Shown here in pieces: positions 33,680 through 44,450 of a DNA stretch of 61,498 nt. The translations under genes were made by a program, and so were the position numbers. This DNA comes from Candidatus Woesearchaeota archaeon (GTDB lineage Archaea; Nanobdellota; Nanobdellia; SCGC-AAA011-G17; GW2011-AR18). Under the pieces are notes generated by a model. It saw only the letters and a program-made list of their open reading frames with translations, did no database searches and was not told the DNA's origin. Numbering within the stretch: the stretch's first letter is position 1; the number at the start of each line of letters is the position of its first letter. Where the stretch lies: NCBI GenBank assembly GCA_016179945.1, contig JACPCE010000004.1, positions 1 to 61,498 of the forward strand. Reading direction: 5' to 3'.

Positions 33680-34996
33680 ATGCAAATAGAAGAAGCAAAA
33701 TACTTTTGGACTAAAGAAATTAGACCAAGATTTTCTAAAAGTGCATTAGAAGCCAAAGTAAGAGGCATTAGTAAATTTTATGTAAGGTATGTAAATCTTG
33801 ATAATGCTGCAACTACTAAACCATTTAGAAGTGTTGTTGACAAAGTTAAGGAATTTTTGGATGAATATGGAAGTGTACATAGGGGAGCAGGACAACATTC
33901 CATAATAACAACTGAGAGATATGAATCAGCAAGAGACAGAATTAGAAGATTTGTGGGTGCTTCAGATAATAATTATATTTTATTTACTAAAAACACTACA
34001 GAAGCTGTAAATAATTTATCTACTTTACTTAAATATGAACTAGGTAAAGTTTTGGTTTCAGAAATAGAACATTCTTCAAATTTATTGCCTTGGTTAAAAA
34101 ATGGAGAAATAAAACAATATAAAACAAATGAGAAAAATGAAATTGATTTAGATGATCTTGAAGCAAAATTAAAAAATAATGAAATTAAATTAGTAGTAGT
34201 AACGGGAGCATCAAACGTTACTGGTTACAAACCACCAGTATATGAGATAGCTAAATTAGCACACAAATATGGAACAAGAATATTTGTAGATTGTTGTCAA
34301 TTATTACAACATGAAAAAGTAGATGTTTTAGAAGATGATGATTTAAGACATTTAGATTTTATTGCATTTTCAGGACATAAAATGTATGCACCTTTTGGTT
34401 CTGGTTGTTTAGTAGGACCTAAGGATTTTTTTGATGAATCTTCACCATATCAAATAGGAGGAGGCAATCTACCTTATATAACACACAATTTAGAGATTAA
34501 AAGATTTAAAAATGTAAGAGCCCATGATCCTGGCTCTCCTAATGCTGTTGGAGCTATTGCAATTGAAGAAGCGATAAATAATTTAGAAGACATAGGCTTA
34601 AACAAAATAGCTGAATATGAAAACACACTTATGAAAGTTGCCATAGAAAAAATTAAACAAATACGCGGGGTTAATTTGTATATTGATCAAGAAAATATTC
34701 CTGGTACTGTTATACCTTTTGATATGGAAGGAATTAACCATAAAATAGTAGCTGAAAAACTTGCTGAATATCATGGAATTGGTTTAAGATCTGGTTCATT
34801 TTGTTGTTATGAACTTGTAAGAAGATTAAAAAATATTTCTCGTGAACAAGATCAAAAAATTGCTGATGAAGTAGAAAGTGGAATAACTACAAATATTCCT
34901 GGAATAGTAAGAGCAAGTATTGCCTTATGTAATAATTTAGAAGACATAGATACGTTTGTAGAAGGTCTAAGTTATCTAGTTACTTATAAAGGATAA
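33680..34996 (+). CDS. PLP-dependent class V aminotransferase; cysteine desulfurase (SufS/CsdA-like)
   Basis: LDNAATT, SVHRG, NTTEA, EHSSN, FSGHKMYAPFG, RSGSFCC, RAS. Confidence 0.9.
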   Translation: MQIEEAKYFWTKEIRPRFSKSALEAKVRGISKFYVRYVNLDNAATTKPFRSVVDKVKEFLDEYGSVHRGAGQHSIITTERYESARDRIRRFVGASDNNYILFTKNTTEAVNNLSTLLKYELGKVLVSEIEHSSNLLPWLKNGEIKQYKTNEKNEIDLDDLEAKLKNNEIKLVVVTGASNVTGYKPPVYEIAKLAHKYGTRIFVDCCQLLQHEKVDVLEDDDLRHLDFIAFSGHKMYAPFGSGCLVGPKDFFDESSPYQIGGGNLPYITHNLEIKRFKNVRAHDPGSPNAVGAIAIEEAINNLEDIGLNKIAEYENTLMKVAIEKIKQIRGVNLYIDQENIPGTVIPFDMEGINHKIVAEKLAEYHGIGLRSGSFCCYELVRRLKNISREQDQKIADEVESGITTNIPGIVRASIALCNNLEDIDTFVEGLSYLVTYKG

Positions 34997-35184
34997 TAAT
35001 TCTACTTAATACTTAAATTATTGAAATATTAATGTATACTCAAAATCTATTTTGACAATAAATAAAATGCCTAAGAATTAATTAGATAACGCTAGAATTT
35101 ATTTTAAATTGTTACTACTATATTATAATATAATTATATTACTACCGTAAAGTATATAAACTTTTAATTTATTTTATATATAAA

Positions 35185-37089
35185 ATGAAAATTAGATTTA
35201 TTGTTGTGATATTGGGAATATTTTTAATGTTATCATTTCCTTTTTATGCTGAGGCTTATACTCAAGATTCTTCTAATCAAGAACCTGTTAATGATGTATC
35301 TAATGATTTTTCTGACAATCCTAACTTTGATCCTGTTCTTTGCAAAGAAAAAGGACCAAAAGAATTTTGGGTCAGTACAAGAGAAGATACAGTAGATGAT
35401 ATTCCTGGTGACTGCAAATGCAAAGATAAAAATGGCAATTGCAGTCTTAGAGCTGCTGTAATTGAAGCAAACGCTTATGAAGAAGGCAATGTAAAAATAA
35501 ATGTTCCAGCAGGAGTATATTCATTGACAATTTCAGGTCCTGATGAGGATAATTCATTTTCAGGTGATCTTGATATAACCCGTCCACTTACAATACAAGG
35601 CGCAGGAATAGGCAGAACAGTCATATTTGGAACAGGTCCTGATTTTGGCACTGATCCTTATGCTGTTTATGATTATTTTAATGGTGAAATTATGGATCGT
35701 ATTTTTCATATAAAAACTCATGAAGCATTATTTAATATTGTAAATATCAATGGTGTTGATATAAGAAATGGTTATGCATATAGTGGTGGTGGTGTATTTG
35801 TTGATCAATCAAATTTAAACCTAAATAATAGTCGTATATTTTTTAGTGCAGCATCATTTGAAGGCGGAGGCATCCATGTATTAAATGGTAAGTTAACATT
35901 AGGAAATAGTGAAATAAGGAATAATGTAGGTTTCTGGAGGGGTGGAGGGATAAGTTGTGATTCTCCTAACTATGCATATAACTCTTTAGATATTTTAAAT
36001 AGCAGTATAGGTTTGTCTTTAGATGCTGAAGTAGGCACAGGAAATAAGGCTCAATTAGGCTCTGGAGTTTATTCAGAAAATTGCAATATAAATATTAAAG
36101 AAAGTGTAATAAGAGCAAATACTGGTATTTCTAGATATGGAAGTGAGACATTTGGTGGAGGGATATTTATTGAAAGCGGACCTAAAATAAATATAATAAA
36201 AACAAAAATTTTCCAAAATGTAGCGAAATTTGGTGGTGGCTTATTTTTTAATTATAATTATCCTTATTCTGTTTATATGGAAAATAGTGATATATTCAAT
36301 AATGTTGCTCTAATGGCTGGTGGTGGAATTTACAATAATAATACAATATTAACTGTTAAATCAACTTCAATTAGAGATAATTCAGCTAGGCCTGTTTTTG
36401 AAGATAAGAAAACTAAAGAAGCAATGGGTGGCGGAATATTTAATAATATAAATGGTGTGCTTACCCTTTTATCAAGCACAATAAGCGGTAATGAAGCTTA
36501 CATTTTTGATGCACCATCACATGGCGGTGGAATTTACAGCTTAAGTTCAAAACCTATAACTATGAAAGATGTTACTGTAAGTGGTAATACTGCTAACTTT
36601 GGCGGTGGAATTTATTCAATATCCCCTGTTATTAATGGAATTCAATATACTGGTGGTTTTATTGCAAACAGTGTTACAATTACAGAAAATAAAGCAACTA
36701 AAAAAGATAATTTTCCAGAAACAGGAATTGGCGGTGGAATTCATGCACAAAGGTCTGAATTATCAAATACAATTTTAGCAGGTAATTTTGATGATAGTGG
36801 AAAAGGTCCTGATAATTTTGGCGGTACAATATGGTCTAATGGTTACAATCTAATAGGAATAGATCCTAAACTAGCACCTTTGGCAGATAATGGAGGACCA
36901 ACAAAGACTCATGGCCTTAAATATGGAAGCCCTGCTAAAGATACAGGAAGTCCAGAATCAGATCCAAGTAAATACGCATGCGAAAAAACAGATCAACGTG
37001 GTATTGCTCGTCCTCAAGGTCCAAGATGTGATATAGGGGCTTATGAAATAATGGTTAATTATAATAATAACGTTTTAATATTAGGTTAA
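35185..37089 (+). CDS. Secreted CSLREA-type right-handed beta-helix surface protein
   Basis: Signal peptide, CSLRAA, GDLDI, many N.A..GGGI repeats, PLADNGGPT.TH...SPA.D, DQRG..RPQG..CDIGAYE. Confidence 0.88.
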   Translation: MKIRFIVVILGIFLMLSFPFYAEAYTQDSSNQEPVNDVSNDFSDNPNFDPVLCKEKGPKEFWVSTREDTVDDIPGDCKCKDKNGNCSLRAAVIEANAYEEGNVKINVPAGVYSLTISGPDEDNSFSGDLDITRPLTIQGAGIGRTVIFGTGPDFGTDPYAVYDYFNGEIMDRIFHIKTHEALFNIVNINGVDIRNGYAYSGGGVFVDQSNLNLNNSRIFFSAASFEGGGIHVLNGKLTLGNSEIRNNVGFWRGGGISCDSPNYAYNSLDILNSSIGLSLDAEVGTGNKAQLGSGVYSENCNINIKESVIRANTGISRYGSETFGGGIFIESGPKINIIKTKIFQNVAKFGGGLFFNYNYPYSVYMENSDIFNNVALMAGGGIYNNNTILTVKSTSIRDNSARPVFEDKKTKEAMGGGIFNNINGVLTLLSSTISGNEAYIFDAPSHGGGIYSLSSKPITMKDVTVSGNTANFGGGIYSISPVINGIQYTGGFIANSVTITENKATKKDNFPETGIGGGIHAQRSELSNTILAGNFDDSGKGPDNFGGTIWSNGYNLIGIDPKLAPLADNGGPTKTHGLKYGSPAKDTGSPESDPSKYACEKTDQRGIARPQGPRCDIGAYEIMVNYNNNVLILG

Positions 37090-37119
37090 ATTTTTATACA
37101 AAGAATACTTTACAGAAAA

Positions 37120-37905
37120 ATGAGAACGAGAACAAAAGGAATTGGTTATCTTCTTATTTCTTCACTATTTGGCTGCAGTATAGAAAGGCCTTTGCCAATA
37201 CTTAGCGAAACACTTAGTGAAAAACCAGACTGTGGAAATTCAGTTGATTTAGGTAGAGAGAGAAAAAGATGTATGGTTAATTATGATTTTGATGATCAAT
37301 TCAATCCGCTTAAAGATTCATGCAATGGAAATGATGGTGATAATGTAAGTTCTATAGGAACAAAAGGTTATTCTAGATACGGAAGAAGTTTTAACAGCGA
37401 TGCTCATTTTACTGTAAGAAATAATGATTCTTTGGCATTAGAAAATAATTATTTGTTAGTGAAATTTTATGTTTTTTTAGCTTCTTATCCTAGAAATGGT
37501 AAATTTCACATATCTCATTCAGGAGATTTATCTGAAAAAACAACAGAAGGTGATCTTAGCTGGAAAGTTACAATAACTGATGGTCCAGGTTTTTTACGTT
37601 TTGATAAATCAGCTGATTGTTATAAAATGGATAGTGAATTTGGTAAAAATCCAATTAGCAATAAATTAATTCCAAATAGTGAATGGGTAGGAATAGAAGT
37701 TGTTTATGATGGAAAAGAAGTTGTTGGTACAATGTCGAGATCTTCAGGAGAAAAAGAAGAGATTTTAAGATATTATCCTGCGACTAGGGGCATATGCAGA
37801 CTACCAAAACAAACTGATTTATTTATAGGACATGATAGGGGTGCTGTAACATCAGATTTATCAACTTTTTTAGACAATGTTGAAATTAATAATTCGCCAG
37901 AATGA
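37120..37905 (+). CDS. Lipoprotein with LamG/concanavalin-like domain
   Basis: Lipobox LFGC; YDFDD...DS.NGNDG, W..I.VVYDG, LFIG, LDNVEI.N. Confidence 0.6.
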   Translation: MRTRTKGIGYLLISSLFGCSIERPLPILSETLSEKPDCGNSVDLGRERKRCMVNYDFDDQFNPLKDSCNGNDGDNVSSIGTKGYSRYGRSFNSDAHFTVRNNDSLALENNYLLVKFYVFLASYPRNGKFHISHSGDLSEKTTEGDLSWKVTITDGPGFLRFDKSADCYKMDSEFGKNPISNKLIPNSEWVGIEVVYDGKEVVGTMSRSSGEKEEILRYYPATRGICRLPKQTDLFIGHDRGAVTSDLSTFLDNVEINNSPE

Positions 37906-38029
37906 TTTTTCTACTTTCTTTATTATAACTAAATACAAATAATACATTTTTAATCCTTGGCAACAAGAAATAACTTTAGAATATTAAACTTAGGATATTC
38001 AAGTTTACTTTAAATAAGGTTTCTGAATG

Positions 38030-38308
38030 TTATTTTTCATCTACTTTCTTTATTATGTGATAGCCAAACTGAGTTTTTACAATGCCTAACTCCCCTTTTT
38101 TCAAATTAAAAGAAGCATTTTCAAACCCCCTAACCATTCTTCCCCTTCCAAACCATCCTAAATCTCCACCTTTTTTTCTGCTAGGACACTTTGATTCTTC
38201 CTGGGCAATTTTTTCAAAATTATAACCTGTATTAATTTTATTTAACAACTCATTTGCCTTTTCCTGAGATCCAACTAAAATATGTGAAACTTTTACTTCT
38301 TTTACCAT
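38030..38308 (-). CDS. ppiC: Parvulin-type peptidyl-prolyl isomerase
   Basis: SHILV, S.CPS..KGGDLGWF.RG.MV..FE, KTQFGYHII. Confidence 0.93.
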   Translation of the reverse strand: MVKEVKVSHILVGSQEKANELLNKINTGYNFEKIAQEESKCPSRKKGGDLGWFGRGRMVRGFENASFNLKKGELGIVKTQFGYHIIKKVDEK

Positions 38309-38319
38309 AGAAAAAGAAA

Positions 38320-39195
38320 TTAATTTTCTTTATTTAATTCTTTCTTTTTAAAATTTCCATAAGCCTTAGAGACTTTCTGAGACCAGAAACTAGGAAGCTC
38401 ATTAGAAATAAATCCCCTGTAATCATTTGAATAAATGTAAGCTAATCCTTTATTAGATTTTAAATCTTCAAATTCTTTTTTAACTTCTTCATAAATATCC
38501 TTAATCTTTTTTCTTTCAAAATCTCTCTGCAACAAAGAAGAAGGTTTTAAAATCATGTAATCTGTTTGTCTGATTGCATTTATTTCTATATTACTTGAAT
38601 TCTGAGAAATAAAAAGTAAAGACAAATCTTTATGCCTTGCTATCAACAATAAATTTGTCAAGAATTTATTCTTATCAGACATGCTTTCCCTTGAAGAAAA
38701 TTCAATCCCAGATTCATCTGCCAATAATACTGAACCATTTTCTATTTCGTCTACAGACTTAACTACATTAATCCAGTTTGGAAGATCATCTGCATTAAAT
38801 CCTAAGGCATAAATTTTCTTATTTGTCTTTGATTTAAATTGTTCCAGCAAAGCCATTCCTATTGCAGATTTTCCAGTTCCTCTTGCTCCTAAAATTATTC
38901 CTATAGTTGAATTAGAAGTAAATAACTTATTTAGAAATGAATTAAAGTTACCATTTAATGATTTTAATACCATAAATGGTCTTGGTCTGGGCTGGTTTTT
39001 TATTCTGCCTTTTTTTACTTTTTCATGAAATTTTTCAGTATTTTTCTTCTTTCTTTTATTCATCAAATATTTAATTCCCAGATAGATATATTTAAATAAA
39101 TAATAAATTCCTTTAAATAAATAATAGAATAGCTTACAAATCATTTTAAAAATGAACTTAATTCCTTTAAGATTTTTGGATTTTTTCCTTGACAT
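38320..39195 (-). CDS. Membrane-associated P-loop NTPase (Zot-like)
   Basis: N-terminal aromatic amphipathic segment; Walker A GARGTGKS; Walker B LLADE; ARH...ISQ. Confidence 0.65.
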   Translation of the reverse strand: MSRKKSKNLKGIKFIFKMICKLFYYLFKGIYYLFKYIYLGIKYLMNKRKKKNTEKFHEKVKKGRIKNQPRPRPFMVLKSLNGNFNSFLNKLFTSNSTIGIILGARGTGKSAIGMALLEQFKSKTNKKIYALGFNADDLPNWINVVKSVDEIENGSVLLADESGIEFSSRESMSDKNKFLTNLLLIARHKDLSLLFISQNSSNIEINAIRQTDYMILKPSSLLQRDFERKKIKDIYEEVKKEFEDLKSNKGLAYIYSNDYRGFISNELPSFWSQKVSKAYGNFKKKELNKEN

Positions 39196-39280
39196 AGCTT
39201 TATTAAAACACCAAGTTATTTAAGATTTTTGGAATAATACTATGTTTTAGCAATATAGTATAAATTGGTGGAATTTGTGT

Positions 39281-40270
39281 TTAAATATTACTATTAATTA
39301 ATTCTTCAGACATTGGGAAATTATTTATTGATATATCTTCAAATATAGGGATAATTTCATAGTTTCCTATAATCGGATAATTATTCCTTAATTCTATTAT
39401 TAAATTTTGTAATTCTCTTTCATCTTTGATTCTTATATGCAATAATAAACTCCAAGAACCAAATAATTTTATTGATTGTGTTACAAATTTGTTATTTTTT
39501 GCATAGCTAAACAATTTCTTTTCTATTTCTCTTCCATAATTTTGAAATGAAATTAGAATTAAATATGCTTTATAATTAAGTTCATTAGATTTAATAAAAA
39601 TTCTATAACCACTAATAAGTTCTTTGTTCTCTAAATTTTTTATTCTATTCTGTATTGTTTTGTAATTGACTTTGCATTTCTTGCTTATTTCCAAGCTTGA
39701 CAATCTACAATTTGATTTTGTCTCATTTAATATTTGTAAGTCTATTTTGTCTAATTCAATTATTTTTTCTGGATTTTTAAAATCTAGTTTTATTGGTTCT
39801 AAAATTTTATTTTCATGCAAATATTTATGTTTATATAATTCATGATACAGTGCATAAACTGAATCATAATCTTTTAGTTTGTTTTGAAATTTATTAAATA
39901 ATTCATCTAGTAGTTTTTCAAATTCTTCATAATTATTTACAAATACAACTGCTAATAAATCCCATTTTCCTCCAACTATTGCCGCCCAATAGACCTTAGG
40001 GTGTTGTTTTAGATAATTAATTATTTCTTGTTTCTCCTGCTCTGAAATCTTATTCAACTGAAACAGAATTCTATATTGTTTGTATCCTATTTTTGATAGG
40101 TTTATTATTGTTCCAAATTGAGATATTATTTTATTTTCTATTAATTTATTTATTCTGTAATTTGTTACTTGGTGACTTAATCTTATGTTTTTAGCTAATT
40201 TTGATGTTGTTATTTTTGGATCTAAATCTAATTCTTGTAATATTTTCCTATCTTTAACATCTAGTTTCAT
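39281..40270 (-). CDS. Tandem Lrp/AsnC-family regulator
   Basis: Two HTH+RAM modules (LDVKDRKIL..., LDKIDLQIL...). Confidence 0.9.
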   Translation of the reverse strand: MKLDVKDRKILQELDLDPKITTSKLAKNIRLSHQVTNYRINKLIENKIISQFGTIINLSKIGYKQYRILFQLNKISEQEKQEIINYLKQHPKVYWAAIVGGKWDLLAVVFVNNYEEFEKLLDELFNKFQNKLKDYDSVYALYHELYKHKYLHENKILEPIKLDFKNPEKIIELDKIDLQILNETKSNCRLSSLEISKKCKVNYKTIQNRIKNLENKELISGYRIFIKSNELNYKAYLILISFQNYGREIEKKLFSYAKNNKFVTQSIKLFGSWSLLLHIRIKDERELQNLIIELRNNYPIIGNYEIIPIFEDISINNFPMSEELINSNI

Positions 40271-40277
40271 TTGTTAA

Positions 40278-40637
40278 TTATTTTTTCTTGTAACCAAAAA
40301 TTTTATTATATTTATCATGATTCATAATTTCTAAAATAAAACAAATTATTTCTATTTGATCTCCTTTTATTGTATATAACATTCTCCAGAAATTTGTAAG
40401 CTCAACTCTCCATAAGTTTTGCACACCATATTCTTTTGGGATTAAATTTTTACGTATATTTTCACCGTAGAACGGATTTGCTTTAATAAAATCTATTTTT
40501 TGTTTTATTGATTTTAATAATTGTATTTCTTCGCTATTTTCTTTTCCATTGCTAATTTGCCCACCAACTATTTCATTTAATTTTTTATATTCCTTATCTG
40601 CTTCATCTATAAGAATTACTCTAACTGATTTATTCAT
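40278..40637 (-). CDS. RelE/ParE-like toxin
   Basis: NPFYG..I...LIPKEY...NLWRVEL...WRMLYTI...HDKY.KIFGY; ATGA overlap with the upstream gene. Confidence 0.7.
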   Translation of the reverse strand: MNKSVRVILIDEADKEYKKLNEIVGGQISNGKENSEEIQLLKSIKQKIDFIKANPFYGENIRKNLIPKEYGVQNLWRVELTNFWRMLYTIKGDQIEIICFILEIMNHDKYNKIFGYKKK

Positions 40638-40918
40638 AATTCAGTTCCTCTTTTTATCATGCCCTCTAATTCCTTTCTTTCAGTAAATACCCAAAGAACA
40701 CCTTTTGTTCCAATTATTATTTTTCCACTAAGTTGCAAGTAGTCAAGTACTTGAATTAAAGTTCTATGCATTACCTTTTTTGGCAACCTTCTTTTTAATT
40801 CTGCTATAGTTATAACTTCTCCTATATTTTTTAGAACCTCTTCTATCATAAGAACTGTATTTAAAGTAGGAGAGTGAACTAATTTTTCTTTACTTTGTAT
40901 TTGGATTGCTTTTGACAT
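40634..40918 (-). CDS. Winged-helix protein, putative antitoxin
   Basis: HSPTLNTVLMIE...ELKRRLPKKVM..TL...LDYL..SGKI; coupled to the RelE-like gene. Confidence 0.65.
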   Translation of the reverse strand: MSKAIQIQSKEKLVHSPTLNTVLMIEEVLKNIGEVITIAELKRRLPKKVMHRTLIQVLDYLQLSGKIIIGTKGVLWVFTERKELEGMIKRGTEL

Positions 40919-41097
40919 TTTTAATATTTAATTTATATAATTATATATCTAATTTAGATTAACTTATATATAAAACTATTGTTTTTTTGTATTTTATAAT
41001 ATAATAGTATAATTACTATATAAATATTACTAATTTACAAAAAATCTTAGGGAATATTTTAATTATAAGATTTACTTATTTATTTTTATGATAGAAA

Positions 41098-41448
41098 ATG
41101 GCTGAAAATAATTTAGAAACAAAATTAAAGTTAGTATTAATTAAAGAAATATCTAGATCACTTAAAATATTACGTGAATCTCAAATAAGACTTCTTGTAA
41201 AGGAAAAAAGGAAAAATTATACTGATGGTAACGGTTATTGGTCTGAAAAAAATATATTTACTTATATTGGTAAGGAGCAAGTATTAGTAACAAAAGAAGT
41301 AACTAGTCCGAGTTTTTATTATCGTGGAACTTATGCAAATTATGATACTCGTAGAGAAATTAGAGGAGTAATTGATATTAAAGATTTTTACAAAGAATTG
41401 AACTTAAATGAATTAAATTTAGTGCATAAAAAATTACATAGAGATTAA
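41098..41448 (+). CDS. Hypothetical protein
   Basis: 116-aa ORF, first of three co-oriented orphans. Confidence 0.6.
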   Translation: MAENNLETKLKLVLIKEISRSLKILRESQIRLLVKEKRKNYTDGNGYWSEKNIFTYIGKEQVLVTKEVTSPSFYYRGTYANYDTRREIRGVIDIKDFYKELNLNELNLVHKKLHRD

Positions 41449-41454
41449 ATTAAA

Positions 41455-42072
41455 ATGACACAAAAGTTTTATCTTTCAAAAGGAATTATTCCTGTGTATT
41501 ATAACTCCATAAATGATGAAAAAATTGATTTTAGTAAGGACGATCCTATAACTATAATCAAAAAAACTTTGAAGAGTGATCCAAATAGAAGATTATATGA
41601 TGAAAGTACCTTTAATTCATTTAGAAAAGAAGAATGGTTTAAGGAAAATGGCTGGCTTGTATATGAATTACGACGTCATGAAATATCTGAAGAAATTCCT
41701 ACATATAAGGGTTGGACTCCTTCTTTTGACTTTATAAATTCTAGTTTTAAGTTTGAGGATGATGTTAGTTTAATAGAAGTTGGCAAACCAAGTTCTAAAA
41801 TTAATGAAGGAGCATATCAAGTAGGGGATGGTAAAGTTATAAAAGTGGATCCTTCGAAATTAAATTATGCAAGAGCAAATGTTGGAAGCATTGAACTAAT
41901 TGAAGCAAACAAAAATAGAATTGAAAAAACATTTGACAGGTTAAATGAAGCAAGAATAGATTTTATTTTATTTAGAACTTATAGGGCATGGCCTGCTGTT
42001 TGGGATAATATCTGCTTTTTTTCAATCGGGGATTTTGAAAATGAAAGGAAAGTTCGAATTAAATCATACTAA
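41455..42072 (+). CDS. Hypothetical protein
   Basis: 205-aa ORF. Confidence 0.6.
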   Translation: MTQKFYLSKGIIPVYYNSINDEKIDFSKDDPITIIKKTLKSDPNRRLYDESTFNSFRKEEWFKENGWLVYELRRHEISEEIPTYKGWTPSFDFINSSFKFEDDVSLIEVGKPSSKINEGAYQVGDGKVIKVDPSKLNYARANVGSIELIEANKNRIEKTFDRLNEARIDFILFRTYRAWPAVWDNICFFSIGDFENERKVRIKSY

Positions 42073-42319
42073 TAATGGAAGGCTTGAAACTTTGATAATA
42101 AATGAAATAAGTAAACAAGAAACAAAAAATAAAGTTTTACTTGGATCAGCTTATTGTGTAAACATAGGACATTGCGCTTACTTGGGAACTAGACACTGCA
42201 ATAATTTCTTGAGTAGGGTTAAATATTATTTTCTTGATGAAGAAGCTATTAATTTGAAAGATTATAGAAAAATGGAACCTAATGGGATTTGTGTGGAATT
42301 TTACAGTGATAAAAAATAG
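42035..42319 (+). CDS. Small Cys-containing hypothetical protein
   Basis: C..I.HC......C...C pattern; start uncertain. Confidence 0.5.
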   Translation: MKMKGKFELNHTNNGRLETLIINEISKQETKNKVLLGSAYCVNIGHCAYLGTRHCNNFLSRVKYYFLDEEAINLKDYRKMEPNGICVEFYSDKK

Positions 42320-42409
42320 CAATATTAGAAGATATTGAAAATCTTACGGGATTTTCATAGAAAGATATATAAATAAGTATAACTTTAATTATACAATAAT
42401 ATAACTAAA

Positions 42410-42622
42410 ATGGGAATAGAAGTAACAGTAAAGAAATGGGGAAATTCTATGGGAATAATATTATCAAAACAAATTGTCGAAAAAGAAAAATTGAATGAAA
42501 ATGATAAAATATCGATACAAATCATTAAAGAAGCTAACTTTAAAAATGTTTTTGGATCTTTGAAAAGAAAGATGTCTGGTCAACAAATGAAGGATTTGGT
42601 GAGACAAGGATGGGAGAATTAA
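42410..42622 (+). CDS. AbrB/MazE-family antitoxin (VapB)
   Basis: VKKWGNSMGIIL...FGSLK. Confidence 0.88.
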   Translation: MGIEVTVKKWGNSMGIILSKQIVEKEKLNENDKISIQIIKEANFKNVFGSLKRKMSGQQMKDLVRQGWEN

Positions 42623-42987
42623 TTGATTATTTTTTCGATACATATGCACTATACGAAATAATTATGGGCAATAAAGATTATAATAAATTTAGTGAAAAGA
42701 TAGGCATTATCACTACTAAACTTAATTTAATGGAACTACATTATACACTTTTATTGGACTTTGGTATTGATATAGCAAATAAATATTATAATAAATTTAT
42801 TGGATTTACTGTAGATATAGACGATGAAACTATAATTATTTCCAATCAATTCAGAGCGTCTATGAAAAAAAGAAAAATGTCTTATGTTGATTGTTTAGGT
42901 TATACAATTGCTAAAATTAGGGGAGTAAAATTTTTAACTGGTGATAAAGAATTTTTTGATTTAAATAATGTTGAATTTGTTAAATAA
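42610..42987 (+). CDS. VapC-like PIN toxin
   Basis: FFDTYALYE, LMELHY, MSYVDCLGY, FLTGDKEF. Confidence 0.88.
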   Translation: MGELIDYFFDTYALYEIIMGNKDYNKFSEKIGIITTKLNLMELHYTLLLDFGIDIANKYYNKFIGFTVDIDDETIIISNQFRASMKKRKMSYVDCLGYTIAKIRGVKFLTGDKEFFDLNNVEFVK

Positions 42988-43477
42988 TTATTTTAATATT
43001 TTATAATAACTAATTACCAAACTTAATACTGTTAAATGTGTTACAACAGCTACAACACTTGCTTTTGGTTAAGGCAGCACCAACATTAGAAATAACACTA
43101 ATTATTACTGAACCAAATACTGCAATTATAACCCAAATATAACCTGGAATTAAAAATGAAGGTGTAATAAAAGCATAACCTAAGCCAATTAGTCCTTCTA
43201 CATATTTATCTAAACTAACATCAAAAATTACTCCAAATTTAGTTTCTTTATGGCTTAATCTAGCAACCCAACCATCACACAAATCACATAAACCACTTAA
43301 AATTAATGGAATAATAGCTAACAATAAAAAATGCTTGTAAATTAAATATGCAGCAATAATACCAAATATTAATCCAAGAAATGTAATTAAGTTTGGATTT
43401 ATTTTTAACATTACTAATTTGCTTATTGCTTTAGAAAACTTTGTATTATATAACCATTTTCTGTATCTATCAAGCAT
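42988..43477 (-). pseudogene. CDP-alcohol phosphatidyltransferase, frameshifted near 43060
   Basis: PNLIT and D..DG.VAR......G...D...D motif; last TM helix VVAVVTHLTVLSLVISYYKILK* is in another frame, with its stop at 42988. Confidence 0.7.
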
Positions 43478-43685
43478 TATTTATTTTAGACTATTTTGCT
43501 TATATAATTATCGCTAAAATTTTTAATTCTCATATTGTTTATGCAAATACTTTTTTAGGCACGATCCATTAACTTATTAAGGTATTGAATTTAATTATAT
43601 TTGTCTTAAAAAATCTGAAAAACTTACAAAATTTATGGAAATTTTTTACCGTAATGTTTAATAATAATTATCTTATCGAATTTTC

Positions 43686-44450
43686 ATGGTTAATGTATTA
43701 TTTGAAGATGTTAAAAAGAGTAATAGGATAAATAAAGATATGGCTGTTGTGGACATGCACTGCCATACTAATCTTTCTGATGGTAGAGATGATCCAATAA
43801 CTATGATAAAACAAGCACAAAAATTGCAAATTGGCATTTCAATAACAGACCATAATAGAATTGCTGGATCATTAGAAGCATGCAAACGCACTTTTTCCAT
43901 ACCTGGAATAGAAATAACTTCTTCAGATGCAATAGACTTTTTAGTTTATTTTTATAAACCCAAAGATTTAGAGCATTTTTATAATAAATATATTAAAGAT
44001 AAACATCTTAGTTCTAGAATATTTAATTTATGGAAATTAAAGTGGAATACTGAAGAATTATTAGATCATGTTAAAAAATACAGCTGTGTAATAACTTTGC
44101 CGCATCCACTTGCTATGAGGCCAAAGAATAGCTATATATTTATGCATAAATATCCAAATTTTATGAAAAATATGCATGCTGTAGAGGCAATAAATTCTTT
44201 AATGCATGAAGAACACAACCAAATTGTAAGTGAATGGGCTAAAACATTAAAAAAAGGCGTTACTGGAGCAAGTGATTCCCATAGTTACGAGCATTTGGGA
44301 AAAGCCTTGACTGCAAGCTATGCTAATGATGTTGGAGAATTTTTAGATAATATAATTAAGGAGAAAAATATAGTTGTTGGTAATAGTCTAGACAGATTTT
44401 CTAAACTGCATACAAAATTTGGAATACTCAGAAGGAACTTAAAATGGTAA
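43686..44450 (+). CDS. PHP-domain metal-dependent phosphoesterase
   Basis: DMHCHT..SDG, ITDHN, PGIEI, PHP, GASDSH. Confidence 0.9.
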   Translation: MVNVLFEDVKKSNRINKDMAVVDMHCHTNLSDGRDDPITMIKQAQKLQIGISITDHNRIAGSLEACKRTFSIPGIEITSSDAIDFLVYFYKPKDLEHFYNKYIKDKHLSSRIFNLWKLKWNTEELLDHVKKYSCVITLPHPLAMRPKNSYIFMHKYPNFMKNMHAVEAINSLMHEEHNQIVSEWAKTLKKGVTGASDSHSYEHLGKALTASYANDVGEFLDNIIKEKNIVVGNSLDRFSKLHTKFGILRRNLKW

